A DNA stretch of 63,333 nucleotides, the filler included, from Octopus bimaculoides (Eukaryota): assembly GCF_001194135.2 (NCBI RefSeq). It is 4 parts of 4 records of this genome, joined end to end, with 100 filler letters (N's around TTAATTAATTAA, not from the genome) between each part and the next. Parts side by side here need not be neighbours in the genome. Positions count along the whole stretch, not along the records: positions 1 to 24,101 come from NC_068981.1; positions 24,202 to 52,271 come from NC_068982.1; 2 more parts are not named here. One strand, 5' to 3'. Made by a program: the position numbers and the translations under genes. Positions 12,926 to 26,274 of the stretch are shown here, one piece after another (within the stretch, counting starts at the first letter, position 1; the number at the start of each line of letters is the position of its first letter). The notes under the pieces were generated by a model, which worked only from the letters and a program-made list of their open reading frames with translations, searched no databases and had not been told where the DNA came from.

Positions 12926-13095
12926 ATGCTGTAGACGTATCATAGATTATCCATAGATTCACATCACATAGATTTTTGGAAAATTTTCTTTCAACAGCGA
13001 TCGGATCACAGGAAGCAGCTGAGATTTCCTTTCAATCTACGATCGAAATTTTATCAATACTCTGCAGTTTAAATGTTGCCGAAAAGAGAAAAAGA

Positions 13096-13201
13096 AATTA
13101 AGTCAGCATTGTTTAGAGTCAGTATATTTCGAATTTCGTAATTCTAATAAAAGCTGTAGACATAAGGACTTACACGAATAAATTAGATATTTGTTTGTTT
13201 G
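13096..13201 (+). repeat. 106-bp direct repeat, copy 1 (copy 2 at 14142-14247)
   Basis: 105 of 106 positions identical, offset 1046 bp. Confidence 0.95.
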
Positions 13202-13519
13202 CAGAGGTAATGAAGTACACGTTAACTTTTTAAGAACCCTAGCGATTAGAAATAACTAAGTGAGAGCAATGTTGATATGTTCTATTCGAAGAGAAGATTC
13301 ACTGGACATCAAAAAGTTTTATCCTGGATATGAAATGTGAATAGACTGTGAAGCGAGAAAGAAGTGATGTGGATTGGAAAGATGAATGTATCACCTGGAT
13401 TTAAGTGAGGAAAGTATAACGTCGATAAACAGAAGCAGATATGATAAGAACGTCAGTAGAAAACTTAAACACTTTAACACACGCCGTACACACACACACA
13501 CACGCACGCTAGCTTTCTT

Positions 13520-13736
13520 TCTCTCTTTCACTCTTTCTCTCTCAAACTCAGATATGTATATATATATATAGATCGCTAGCTACTACACATTATTTTCTCT
13601 CCTCGTTTCTCTTCTTGCTTTCTGGGGAAGAGCGTAGACTCGAAACGTTAAAGACTTTTTCACTTCTCGAGTGTTAAACTACTACATCTGTTTGTTGTCT
13701 ACACCACCTGTCTTCGTCTTTTTTTTTGTGAATTCT

Positions 13737-13745
<9 letters not shown>
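13520..13745 (+). mobile_element. Penelope-like element terminal fragment with hammerhead core and (TA)n tail
   Basis: CTGGGGA A GAG cgtaga CTC GAAACGTTA AAGAC at 13622-13655, followed by a pyrimidine-rich tail and TA repeats. Confidence 0.55.
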
Positions 13746-13768
<23 letters not shown>

Positions 13769-13899
13769 NNNNNNNNNNNNNNNNNNNNNNNNNNNNNNNN
13801 NNNNNNNNNNNNNNNNNNNNNNNNNNNNNNNNNNNNNTTATTTATTTATTTATGTGTTTCAGCCAAGTGGCTGCGGTCATGCTGGTGCACCACCGTGAT

Positions 13900-14132
13900 T
13901 TTCACGTTCCTTGCATGGCTCTTCTCCCCTACCTGACATGGTCCAATCAAGAGTTTTGATGGCACATCTGGTGTATAAGAGAATTTGACATAGCTGCCCT
14001 AAACTGCGTCTCATTACGAGCCATTGGTTCGTCTGGTACCGTGGAGAGGAAAGTGTCAAGTTTTGTCTTGAAGACCTCCGTATCCATGTCTTGCATGTCT
14101 CTCAAATGTTTTGGCAGGGCATTGAAGAGCTG
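13900..14132 (-). mobile_element. CR1/L2-group LINE 3' end
   Basis: Minus strand reads QLFNALPKHLRDMQDMDTEVFKTKLDTFLSTVPDEP...RAAMSNSLIHQ, matching the LFN.LP...FK..LD..L..IPDEP...RAA.SNSL C-terminus of CR1-related LINEs. Confidence 0.8.
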
Positions 14133-14141
14133 ATATAATAT

Positions 14142-14247
14142 AATTAAGTCAGCATTGTTTAGAGTCAGTATATTTCGAATGTCGTAATTCTAATAAAAGC
14201 TGTAGACATAAGGACTTACACGAATAAATTAGATATTTGTTTGTTTG
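14142..14247 (+). repeat. 106-bp direct repeat, copy 2
   Basis: See copy 1 at 13096-13201. Confidence 0.95.
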
Positions 14248-14525
14248 TTTGTTTGAAATTCAATGTAAGGTGTATCATCATTGATAAGCAAAGGCATTGT
14301 AGCATCGTTCCTTAAAGTAAAAAAAAAAATACATATATGTTATTATACATACCAGGATCAGTAAGCAACATAGGTATACAACGTAATTATACTACATAGT
14401 TTTATCACTCCATGCAGAAAAAAATTAGGATTGATTTGGTATTAAGTTAACCAAACACACACACACACATCATTGTTCTCGATTTGGTATTAAGTTAACC
14501 AAACACACACACACACACACACACG

Positions 14526-14563
<38 letters not shown>

Positions 14564-15421
14564 CACACACACACATCATTGTTCTCGATTTCTTGGTTTT
14601 AACAAAAGAGCGGGATCCAATTCTCAGGGCTGAGATCCGAAGGAAATACCAAGATATATTTTTTCTGATGCACTAACGATTTTATCAATTAACTATTTTG
14701 AAGGTTTTAGATATACTATAAAAAGAAAGAAATGACTATTTGCACATGGTCCTGGCTTCAAATTTAAAACTGATATTTCGTTGCATTTCTGACTTAAACA
14801 AAGACTTGAAAATATAATTTCATAATCCACCTGTAGTACATAACTCTTTTGAATGTATCAGAGTTTATTTATAATTTATACTTGTCAGTTTGTTTCTTCA
14901 CTTTTGGTAGGCGTTTTGTGTCTACATCTGCATTTATTTAAAAATCTAAGAAAGAGTTCTGCGATCTTTCAACAGATTATTATATGAACATCTTTATTGA
15001 ACAATAGATCTCAAATGTTTTTGACACAAAGTTTAAATAGAGAAAATTACCGACATACTTACAAATGCGTCTCGTATAGAAAGTAAATAGAAAACTGTTT
15101 TTAAGCTAGAAATTTGAAAACTCAGTCATCGCTTAAGGCGTTTTAACAATCATACTACTGTATAACAAAATTCTGAACAACAGTTTGTTCCAAAACCAAG
15201 CGTCGGTATAGGGTTTTCAAAACGTTTAACGTCTAGGTTTTAAAGTCCCCTGCACACCTACTCAGCGCATATTTTATAAATGTTGGGAAATAAATTACGA
15301 AGTGAACCTTTGTGGCATTTGAAAAAAATAACATATATATAACAGGTCAGTGTTCGCTTCTCACTTTCGCACTGTATATGTATCAGATAGAAAGATAGAA
15401 AGATAGATATATGGATAGATA

Positions 15422-15445
15422 TTGATCATAATAATGATGATGGTA

Positions 15446-15521
<76 letters not shown>

Positions 15522-15630
15522 TAATAATAAGAAGAATAAGAAGAATAAGAATATTAATAATAATAATAATAACAACAGCAACAGCAGCACTGCCGCTGCC
15601 CCCACAACCACCACCACCACCACCACCACC

Positions 15631-15695
<65 letters not shown>

Positions 15696-15715
15696 TGATG
15701 ATGATAATAATAAAC
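15422..15715. repeat. Compound triplet microsatellite (ATG/AAT/AAG/AAC/CCA)
   Basis: Seen directly; generates the spurious poly-M/I/P ORFs. Confidence 0.95.
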
Positions 15716-15848
15716 GACCTAGTACAGAAGTTTTACTTCCCCGCCACCCGAAGAGATGAAAGTCAAATTTAGCCTCTGTATTGAACCCGAGACAAGAACT
15801 GCAAAACATTTTGTCCGATCCACTAACGACCCAGTCAATTCGCAAAAT

Positions 15849-15880
<32 letters not shown>

Positions 15881-16153
15881 ACACACACACACACACACAT
15901 ACGCACGCACACACACACAGGTATATACGAATTGCACGCGCGGTTGCATACACGTGAGGGAGCTTTGAGCTAGGAGCAAAGCTTTGTCAGATCTCTCACC
16001 AATGGAAATTAACAATTTTCCCTGCATAGCTGACAGCGTAAATACCATGCAGATAATTCCGTTGCTCATAATTACGTTATCCAATTGTATGTTCATCTGA
16101 TCATTCAGTAATGATTCATGCTTTGCCATTGAGAAATACTCATATTTATTTTT

Positions 16154-16213
<60 letters not shown>

Positions 16214-16559
16214 NNNNNNNNNNNNNNNNNNNNNNNNNNNNNNNNNNNNNNNNNNNNNNNNNNNNNNNNNNNNNNNNNNNNNNNNNNNNNNNNNNNNNNN
16301 NNNNNNNNNNNNNNNNNNNNNNNNNNNNNNNNNNNNNNNNNNNNNNNNNNNNNNNNNNNNNNNNNNNNNNNNNNNNNNNNNNNNNNNNNNNNNNNNNNNN
16401 NNNNNNNNNNNNNNNNNNNNNNNNNNNNNNNNNNNNNNNNNNNNNNNNNNNNNNNNNNNNNNNNNNNNNNNTATATGTATATATTAATGTATAGAAATAC
16501 ATGGAGCTTCATTTTCTATCATTTAGTTGAAGTAGACAAATGGCGCCTGTGACCATTAC

Positions 16560-16910
16560 AGGTTTTATCAAATGTAGTTGATGTTTCGTTAGGACGGACT
16601 TCGGTTTTTGACTACGAACGAAACCTGGTCAGTGAGGGAGGTCTGCAGTTTATTGTAGTGTGGATGTGTTACAGTGTGAGGCATATGATTAGATGAGACA
16701 CATGAAGGAACTTCCGACGAGAGATGCATAAATTTACTTGGCTAAAGCAGAGGCAATAGACCGCAGTCTAGTTGAGAGGAGACGATATTGCTTTCGTCAT
16801 AAAGGAAGGGACAGAAAGAAGACACTGTACAGTCGTGATCTGCTGAATGTACGTTACATATGAGTGATATGCCGATCAGACAGATGCTCTTCATGGGATG
16901 TATACGGTGA
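16560..16910 (+). mobile_element. Degenerate RTE-type LINE 3' fragment
   Basis: Remnants of the GR.RKT...DL...M..DR..W C-terminal pattern; purine-rich. Confidence 0.35.
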
Positions 16911-16911
16911 T

Positions 16912-17140
16912 TGTGGAAGCGCGTGGCTTAGAGGTTAGGGTGTTGGACTCATCATCGTAAGATTGTGGTGTCGATTCCTAGACTGGTTGACGCTTTGTGC
17001 TTTTGAGCAAGACACTTTATTCTATGTTGGTCTAGTCTACTCAGCTGGCAAAAATGAGTTATCCACCATCCAGGTGGGAAATCGATACGTTATGGAAACC
17101 GGCCCTTACGAGTCAGCTTGACTCGCGAATGTAACTTTAA
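16912..17140 (+). mobile_element. tRNA-SINE with CORE/V-like TTGAGCAAGACACTT motif
   Basis: GCGTGGCTTAGAGGTTAGGG A-box and GTGTCGATTCC B-box. A related minus-strand copy lies at about 31430-31590. Confidence 0.6.
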
Positions 17141-18011
17141 CATTACCATACTGTGATTATTATGTAGTAGCAGTAACACCACCATCATTCCTAACACTTT
17201 AATCTTCGCCATAATCACTTACTCCTGTACGGTATCAAGCATTAATTTAGTGTGAGTTGCACTTCAGTTTTGTAGATAGACACCAACTGTTCAAGCTTAG
17301 AATAGTTCCTGCTTTTAAACAAGGAAGATTACACTTTTTTTCTGTTGTGGTACATTCCTAGTGATACGAGGAATTGGTCCCTATAAAATTTAAAGAGCTT
17401 ACGTGTGTGTTGATCATGCATATATACATGCAATATTCCAACACGTCCACAAGGCATATACTTGGCGCAGGTCCGTATGCTGATAACATCGTACTCGGTT
17501 CTTCCCATCATTCTCCAGATACACCTGCACAACTATTCCAATCACATAGAATTCTGACTACAAAAGCAACATCGAACGTGAGAGGATGAAAGGTAAGGAT
17601 GACCTCGACAGGATTTAAACTTAGAACATACAGAACCGAAATAAACGCTACAATAGATTGCATTTAGTTCGACGTTCTACCGACGCGGTCAGTTCACCGT
17701 CTGTACATCATACCGTTAACTACTACATGTTATGTCAGTTACGAAGTCATATATCTGTGGATCAATACCTGGCTGTCCAGCGGACAATCTGTATGCAACA
17801 GTTCTGCTGGATCATGAGAACATGGGGGTAAAACAACAACAACCGCAACAACAACACTGCTATGTTCCAATGTGATCAGTACCTTCACATAATCAATACA
17901 AGCTTCAATGCCACCACCACCACAACCACCACCTTCACTACCACCATCTTCACCCCCGCCCCCCATCACCATCTAATTGACTAGTCCTTTCCCCACAAAG
18001 TACAGGTCTTG

Positions 18012-18352
<341 letters not shown>

Positions 18353-19064
18353 TGTTATTATTATTATTATTATTAGTAGTAGTAGTGGTGGTGGTTGTGG
18401 TGGTAGTAATAGTAGTAGTAGTAGTAGTGACAATAATTCTTGTTTAACCACCAGTTAACCATGCCGAGCAGGTATCGCATCAAAGGCGTTATAGCCATGA
18501 CCATCCTGTCTTTTTCCTGTATGCAGTATTATCGGGACAACAAATTATGTAAGGTTTATTCTCTAGGGCGGTAGAGTGTGATAGGAAGGAAATATATTTG
18601 CCATTTCAAATAGGTTGAGCGAGAAATTAGATCCTCACTCGTTGAGGTATATTGGTGATGATGGTGGTGGTGGTTGTTGTTGTCGCTGTCATTGTAGTAG
18701 TGGTGGTGATGGTGGCGGCTCTTGTGGCTGTACTGATAATGCCTGCTGTTAGTGAATATAGAATTGAAAATATAACTAAAAGAAAAAAAAAACGAACGGA
18801 AAAACACAAACACAAAACAAACGGAAAACACGCACAAATACACAAACACATACACACAGACGTACGGAGGCATACGCATGCACACACACACACACACACA
18901 CACGCATACACACACAAAGCAGCAGCAACAACAACAAAATGAAGTAAAGCACAAGAACAAAAGGTCTACTTCTTGAGATAAAATAATCTCCATAAAATGG
19001 TAAATGCAACGGTTAAGCATTGAAGATAAATGTAGCAATATACGAGATAAAATGGATGAAAAAA

Positions 19065-19112
<48 letters not shown>

Positions 19113-19254
19113 GTTGTTGTTGTTGTTGCTGTATTTGTTGCCCCTTTTTTTTACCTCATATCCAGAGGGTATATAATCTTAGAATCGCGTGACAATCTCA
19201 AACTTTCGTGTAGAAAAGTTCTACTTTGGAAAATTTCTCTTCCTAACATGTCTT

Positions 19255-19285
<31 letters not shown>

Positions 19286-19673
19286 CCTATATAGGCACAT
19301 ACATACATACGTACGTACATGCGCAAATACAAACACAAGCTTAAATATATGAACACACACACACACACTCACGCATGTATACATTTCTCTCTCTCTCTCT
19401 CTCTAATATACATATACATACATGCACATAAGTATTTGTTTGATATTTTTCTAATTTTCAGGGTAGTGAAAATCGATTTTATGACCAGTGCATTGGATGC
19501 ACATCAATTGCAGACGTTAAGCAACGTTTGCATTATCTTTCCTATTAAACAGGAAACAAAGTATACCTGATCGGATCAGAAATGGCGAAGTTAACGACAT
19601 AATGCATATACTTACTTACTTTGAGACATTCTTCAACACATGCTTTCATACATACTAATATATATATATGTGT

Positions 19674-19714
<41 letters not shown>

Positions 19715-21087
19715 CGCGCGCTCTCATTTGGGGTGGTGGTGTTAGGATAAATGTAATGTTAAGCACAAGAGGAGTGAATGCCGTATTGCTGGGTGTGTAC
19801 GCGAATGAACGTGAACACACACACACGTATATATATATATATANNNNNNNNNNNNNNNNNNNNNNNNNNNNNNNNNNNNNNNNNNNNNNNNNNNNNNNNN
19901 NNNNNNNNNNNNNNNNNNNNNNNNNNNNNNNNNNNNNNNNNNNNNNNNNNNNNNNNNNNNNNNNNNNNNNNNNNNNNNNNNNNNNNNNNNNNNNNNNNNN
20001 NNNNNNNNNNNNNNNNNNNNNNNNNNNNNNNNNNNNNNNNNNNNNNNNNNNNNNNNNNNNNNNNNNNNNNNNNNNNNNNNNNNNNNNNNNNNNNNNNNNN
20101 NNNNNNNNNNNNNNNNNNNNNNNNNNNNNNNNNNNNNNNNNNNNNNNNNNNNNNNNNNNNNNNNNNNNNNNNNNNNNNNNNNNNNNNNNNNNNNNNNNNN
20201 NNNNNNNNNNNNNNNNNNNNNNNNNNNNNNNNNNNNNNNNNNNNNNNNNNNNNNNNNNNNNNNNNNNNNNNNNNNNNNNNNNNNNNNNNNNNNNNNNNNN
20301 NNNNNNNNNNNNNNNNNNNNNNNNNNNNNNNNNNNNNNNNNNNNNNNNNNNNNNNNNNNNNNNNNNNNNNNNNNNNNNNNNNNNNNNNNNNNNNNNNNNN
20401 NNNNNNNNNNNNNNNNNNNNNNNNNNNNNNNNNNNNNNNNNNNNNNNNNNNNNNNNNNNNNNNNNNNNNNNNNNNNNNNNNNNNNNNNNNNNNNNNNNNN
20501 NNNNNNNNNNNNNNNNNNNNNNNNNNNNNNNNNNNNNNNNNNNNNNNNNNNNNNNNNNNNNNNNNNNNNNNNNNNNNNNNNNNNNNNNNNNNNNNNNNNN
20601 NNNNNNNNNNNNNNNNNNNNNNNNNNNNNNNNNNNNNNNNNNNNNNNNNNNNNNNNNNNNNNNNNNNNNNNNNNNNNNNNNNNNNNNNNNNNNNNNNNNN
20701 NNNNNNNNNNNNNNNNNNNNNNNNNATATATATAACCATGTTGTGTGTACGGTGTTTTCGTGTGCGTGTGTGTGTATGTGGTGTGTGTGTATGTGTGTGT
20801 GTGTGTGGAAGTATGAGTGCACATGTATTCCCATTTGCCAGAGTTGATTCACCTCACGTACACGAATATTATCTATTAGTGTGGATAAAGGAGAAAATGC
20901 GAGAATGTTAGTGGGAAACCCACTCTAAATGCACGCCATGTTTTTGCATAGATGACGGGTACGGTGAGAGAACAAGCAAGACAGATTTCTGTGATTAGTT
21001 TTCGAAATAGTAACAAGTGAATAAAATATAGAAATCAAAGACATGGCCGTGAAGTAGAAATAGCAATATACATACATACATACATAG

Positions 21088-21153
<66 letters not shown>

Positions 21154-21629
21154 GTAATAGAGAAACAGAAGAAATACAATCATATGCACGAAACATGTGG
21201 TTGAAAAAAGCTCTATGAAACGTACAAAATGAATCGAAGTAACATAAAAAAACAAATTTTTCCAATCATGAAGCACACTGACCAATCTTGATTCAATATA
21301 TTTCTATTTTTACAATTGTTGATTGATATTTAGCCTAATATCCATAAATGAAGTTAAAAAACTTATTTCATATACAAAGTTAAAAAACATAAAAAAAAAT
21401 AATACAAAACTAAAAGTGAAGCTTGTATTGTAATTCTTTCTTTCTTTCTTTCTTTCCTTCTATCTATCTATCTTTCTTTCTTTCTTATCTTTCTTTCTTT
21501 TCTGAACAGAAAAGCTTTCTAAAGTGGGCTGCTATGATTCTTGAATCGATAACCGACAGGATAAAAATGGGTATGTTATCAGAATTTTCTGTTGATAACT
21601 TCTGCTGCAGCTGGAAACAATTCATGGTG

Positions 21630-21850
21630 GAAACAATTATCCATCGATCCATCCAGCCATTCATCTTTCCATTCATCCATCTGTTCGTCGAGCCATCCAT
21701 TCACCTACTTATCCACCCATCCACCAATTTATTCACCCATCTAACCACACATCCAACCATTTATCTATCCATCCATCCATCACCCAATTTTCTATCCAGC
21801 CATTCATGCACCCAGTCATTCATCTATCTAACTATACACCCATCCATCCT
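21630..21850. repeat. Degenerate (ATCC)n tetranucleotide tract
   Basis: Seen directly. Confidence 0.8.
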
Positions 21851-23854
21851 CACATGTTTATATATGTGAAAACACACATGTTTGCAATCATAAACCTATG
21901 TAGAATGACTCATTACATGCCAAATTTCTGGAATGGTATCTTAACATATTTTCGGAGTTCATGCAACCATAATTTTCAGGTTAATCGCTATCTTTCTGGT
22001 TTTGTGATATCAAACTTCTTAAGATTGTATGTGTAGCAGATCTATATCGTGATTCGAACGCTTCCAAATACGAAGTTTTGCAACCGATATTTCGCCCCGT
22101 CATTAAAAATCTAACCTATGGTATTTTTTTTTTTTTAGGAATTTCCGGAATCTCGCAGATGCGATGACGTCAAGAAAAATCTAACTAACGACATCCCACA
22201 ACTACATATATTCTTTGAATGACGTCAGCAATTTTTTACAAATCCAGATTTGTTGAATATAAATCAGTCACGTTTTGATTATGATCGCCATAGCTTATGA
22301 AAAGAGTAATGAATAAATGGCGGTGGAACTGAGGCATACGAAGATAGAAACAAATTTGATCGGGTCAGTGGTGGTTAGCAACAATTTGATACCGGGAGAC
22401 AAGATGCTGTTATCAAGAAAAGATAATACAAACTGGTAGACAGACACGTGATTGACGAAGAATGACTGCACATGAAATTCTTTCTCTAACTGATACTGCT
22501 AACAAAACATCACCGGAAGTTCTGATTCTTTTTCAACAACCTGATTATCGGCAAAATATGAACGCTATATTATGTAACACCTCCCATCAACATTCACCAA
22601 CACACAGAAAAATGTCTGCATGACACTGTAAAATGAACTCCGTTTTTTAGTCTTTCGTTTTCGCCTCTACATGACAGACACATCTGTTTTTTGTTCTTTC
22701 TTTCTAAAATAACAATAAATGCACCATAATTTTGACCTTCATTCATTTTATAAATACTGGTTCATCATATTATTAAATATGTATATATGTAATTATGAAT
22801 ACACGCTTGCATATGTGTACTTATGTGCGTGTGTATGTATGTATGTATGTATGTATGTATGTATGTATGTATGTATGTACGCATGTATGAATATATGTGT
22901 TATATGTGCGGAAGCTTTCTTTTTAATTATTTGAATAATTGCTCTAGGAAAAAGGTGATTTTCAACAAAGAAACAAATCTCTAGCATTAGAATTTAGTTA
23001 AAAACAGTAACGTTTTGCACTGCAAATTGTGTAAACCAGTTACTTTCATTGCCTATCCCTACCAGGTTTTCGTGATTTAGTAATATAGCCAAGTGTAGCG
23101 ATAATTGTCAGTTAACATGTAATATTATAATCTGATTGGAGAACATTTAGTCTTCAAATTTTGCTTATAAATAATCTCTTTCTTCGTGATTTATGAAAGA
23201 AATGCTCTACAACTATAGGACAGGTGACCTCCATAATCATACATAACTTTACACTCTTCTCTCTAAAACAAATATTGCAGGCCTGTTACCTCTGATTTTG
23301 GCGAATGTTGTGATTCCTTGTGTTGAAAAACGTGTGGTCTCAACAATAGAAATCTTTTCTATATTCATCCCAAGTCGCTCTTTCTTTTGGATGAATGCAT
23401 ATTCTTTTAACAGTTTGCTGAAATGACAAGCAGTACATAAATGTATCTTTGGACTGTTATTTTTCCCATAAGAAATATCTGCCACAGGAATGTGACAGAA
23501 ATCCACACTTACGGTCACCTTTATGCAGTAGGTATTTTGTAGCTGTCTACTGCACTTGGATGTCAGATAATATAAACTCCAGCCTGTGACGTAATGAAAC
23601 GGTGACGCGTCGAGGGATGTTCCCTTCTTTTCATTTTCCAACTGTTCTCCTACACTACTCCAAAAGTTCAAGAGTCGCAAGAAAATGTTGTAGTGAAGTG
23701 AATAATTCTTGAGGAGTTCGCTACCGACCTGTAGGATATTGTTCGCTTTAATTTTGAACCATTAATTTTGAGTTCTTGGTTTTGGTATGCATTTTTACTG
23801 TTATTGCTCAGTCTAAAACGTTTGAGTAGTAGCATATGATAGTCAAAGGATGTC

Positions 23855-24101
23855 TCTTTTACTCTTTTACTGTTTTACTTGTTTCAGTCATTTAACTGCG
23901 GCCACGCTGGAGCACCGCCTTTAGTCGAGCAAATCGACCCCAGGACTTATTCTTTGGAATCCTAGTACTTATTGTATCGGTCTCTTTGCCGAACCGCTAA
24001 GTTACAGGGACGTAAACACACCAGCATTGGTTGTCAAGCAATGTTGGGGGAACAAACACAGACACACAAACATATACACACGCATACATATATATATATA
24101 T
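23855..24101 (-). mobile_element. tRNA-SINE, family C, 3' half (cut by the scaffold end)
   Basis: TTTCAGTCATTTAACTGCGGCCACGCTGGAGCACCGCC...GCCGAACCGCTAAGTTAC. Related copies at 28245-28640 (+), 25985-26160 (+), 60457-60617 (-) and 24792-24850 (+). Confidence 0.85.
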
Positions 24102-24201
24102 NNNNNNNNNNNNNNNNNNNNNNNNNNNNNNNNNNNNNNNNNNNNTTAATTAATTAANNNNNNNNNNNNNNNNNNNNNNNNNNNNNNNNNNNNNNNNNNN
24201 N
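24102..24201. other. Artificial scaffold spacer: 44 N + TTAATTAATTAA + 44 N
   Basis: The identical 100-bp structure occurs three times. The 12-mer gives stops in all six frames. Confidence 0.97.
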
Positions 24202-24256
<55 letters not shown>

Positions 24257-25863
24257 CTCTGTGTGTGTGTGTGTGCTCAAACATGGCTAAACAACAACTC
24301 CTAGAAAATGAAAAGTAAAGTCGACATTAGCAGGTTTCGGACTCAGAACGTAAAGAGGCATAATAACTAAATACTGTAATGCATTTTGTAGTCGATATAC
24401 ATACATATGCATGTTAATAATATTTGATGTATCATTAGTAATAATATCTCTTCTCTGTCAATTTCTGTTATTACCTGCTCTCATTTTTGTATCCCAGGAA
24501 ACGAGGTGATCGATCTTATGGAATGCAATTTTCACCATATAAAGAAATATATTCGGCAAAACTCCCTAAAAGATTTACCGTAAGTAACAATTTCATTATT
24601 CTTCTCTGACCTAACTTGTCACATCTTCCAAGTTCGGGAGTTTACATAACCAAACCTGTGCAGAGGACCCACCACTCTTCAATTCGGTTTTTAGGCAATC
24701 TTCCTTCTGCTGCCGGTTAAAAGTAAAAGGAAAAACCACTTTATAGGTCTCTTCCTAGTAATTACATCATGTGCACAGTACCTGCATGTAAAGGCATGGC
24801 TGTGTGGTTAAGAAGCTCGCTTTGCAACTACGTAGTTTCGGGTTCAGTCTGTGTGTGTGTGTGTTTATATTACAGAGACAGTGTGTGTTTATATTAGAGA
24901 GAGACAGTGTGTGTGAGAGAGAGAATGGGGAGAGAGAACATTGCAAACAATGAATGAAATAAACATGAAATGAAATAAATAGTATAAATAAAAGTTCGTT
25001 AAAAACTATCTTGTACCGAATATTTAGATTTGTGAACTTGAAATATTCAATAATAAAAGGAAGTTCAGAAAGTAGACTTTCCTAAAAACTTCAATTTATG
25101 AAAAATCTCACTTAGTTAGTAAATATTTCCTTCAGTAATTTATCGTCTCTAATTCAAACAACCTTCAAGGTAACCTAACTACGTTTAGCGTGCTAGAAAT
25201 AGCAGCGATCACATAGTTATTATGGCGTTTCAAACAGCCATACCAACAAAATCACTTTTTTATGCCGGTATATTATCAAATTTTCATTTTATCAAAAATA
25301 ATCATTTAACAAACTCCGGAAACTGATATTGTCATAAGCCTCAAAGTTATACAGCTATTTTGTCTAATAGCATTTATTCATTCAATAAATATTTTTTTTT
25401 TTTTTTACATTACGTATATATAATAAACTGTGGGTTTTGCAAGTAGCGAATTAAAAGCTGAAATGAAAACATTGAAATGAATAAATTTTCATTAATGAGA
25501 ACAGAGGAGAGAGAGAGTGAGAGACTGTTGCAAATGTAAACGGAAAATTTCGCCTGCAACGATAATTGTTTATTAAACATTAAAATCTACTCCGCAGTGA
25601 ATGCAACGAATATTTAAATTTGTGAAAACCTTGTAGTTCAAATATTCAATAAACTCCAGAAATCGAAATAATAGGAAATTTGTTGGAACATGAATTTATA
25701 GAAAAATTTCCAGACNNNNNNNNNNNNNNNNNNNNNNNNNNNNNNNNNNNNNNNNNNNNNNNNNNNNNNNNNNNNNNNNNNNNNNNNNNNNNNNNNNNNN
25801 NNNNNNNNNNNNNNNNNNNNNNNNNNNNNNNNNNNNNNNNNNNNNNNNNNNNNNNNNNNNNNN

Positions 25864-25927
<64 letters not shown>

Positions 25928-26274
25928 ACACACATACCCATACATGCACAGTGTGTATCTTTGTGACTGTTTGTACTCCATACTGATTCGCAACCGGTAT
26001 TGGCTTGTTTACATCCCCTTAACTTAGCAGATCGTCAAAAGAAAACGGCAGATTGTGTCAGTAAAAAATAAGTACTGAGGACGATTTTTTCGACTAAAAC
26101 TCTCCAAGGTGGTGCCAAGTATGACCGCAGTCCAGTGACTGAAACGAGTAAAAGATGAGATATTCACATGACTCATGCATAAATCGTATAATATTTGATG
26201 AGTAGTTTGAAATGGAGCCTACATTACATACATGGTCTTCACATGCTATCAATGAAAATACTGGCCTAGGCTTA

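Noticed and set aside
14433-14590. Short tandem duplication around a (CA)n tract
   Set aside because: Ordinary slippage or local mis-assembly at a microsatellite.
17400-17810. Possible minus-strand exons (ELLHTDCPLDSQ / VYLENDGKNRVRCYQH)
   Set aside because: Several frames and splice choices fit equally, there is no recognisable homologue, and such sites are common in AT-rich DNA.
21506-21570. Plus-strand AG/GT-bounded segment (KSFLKWAAMILESITDRIKM)
   Set aside because: The acceptor is supplied by a (TTCT)n microsatellite and there are no partner exons.
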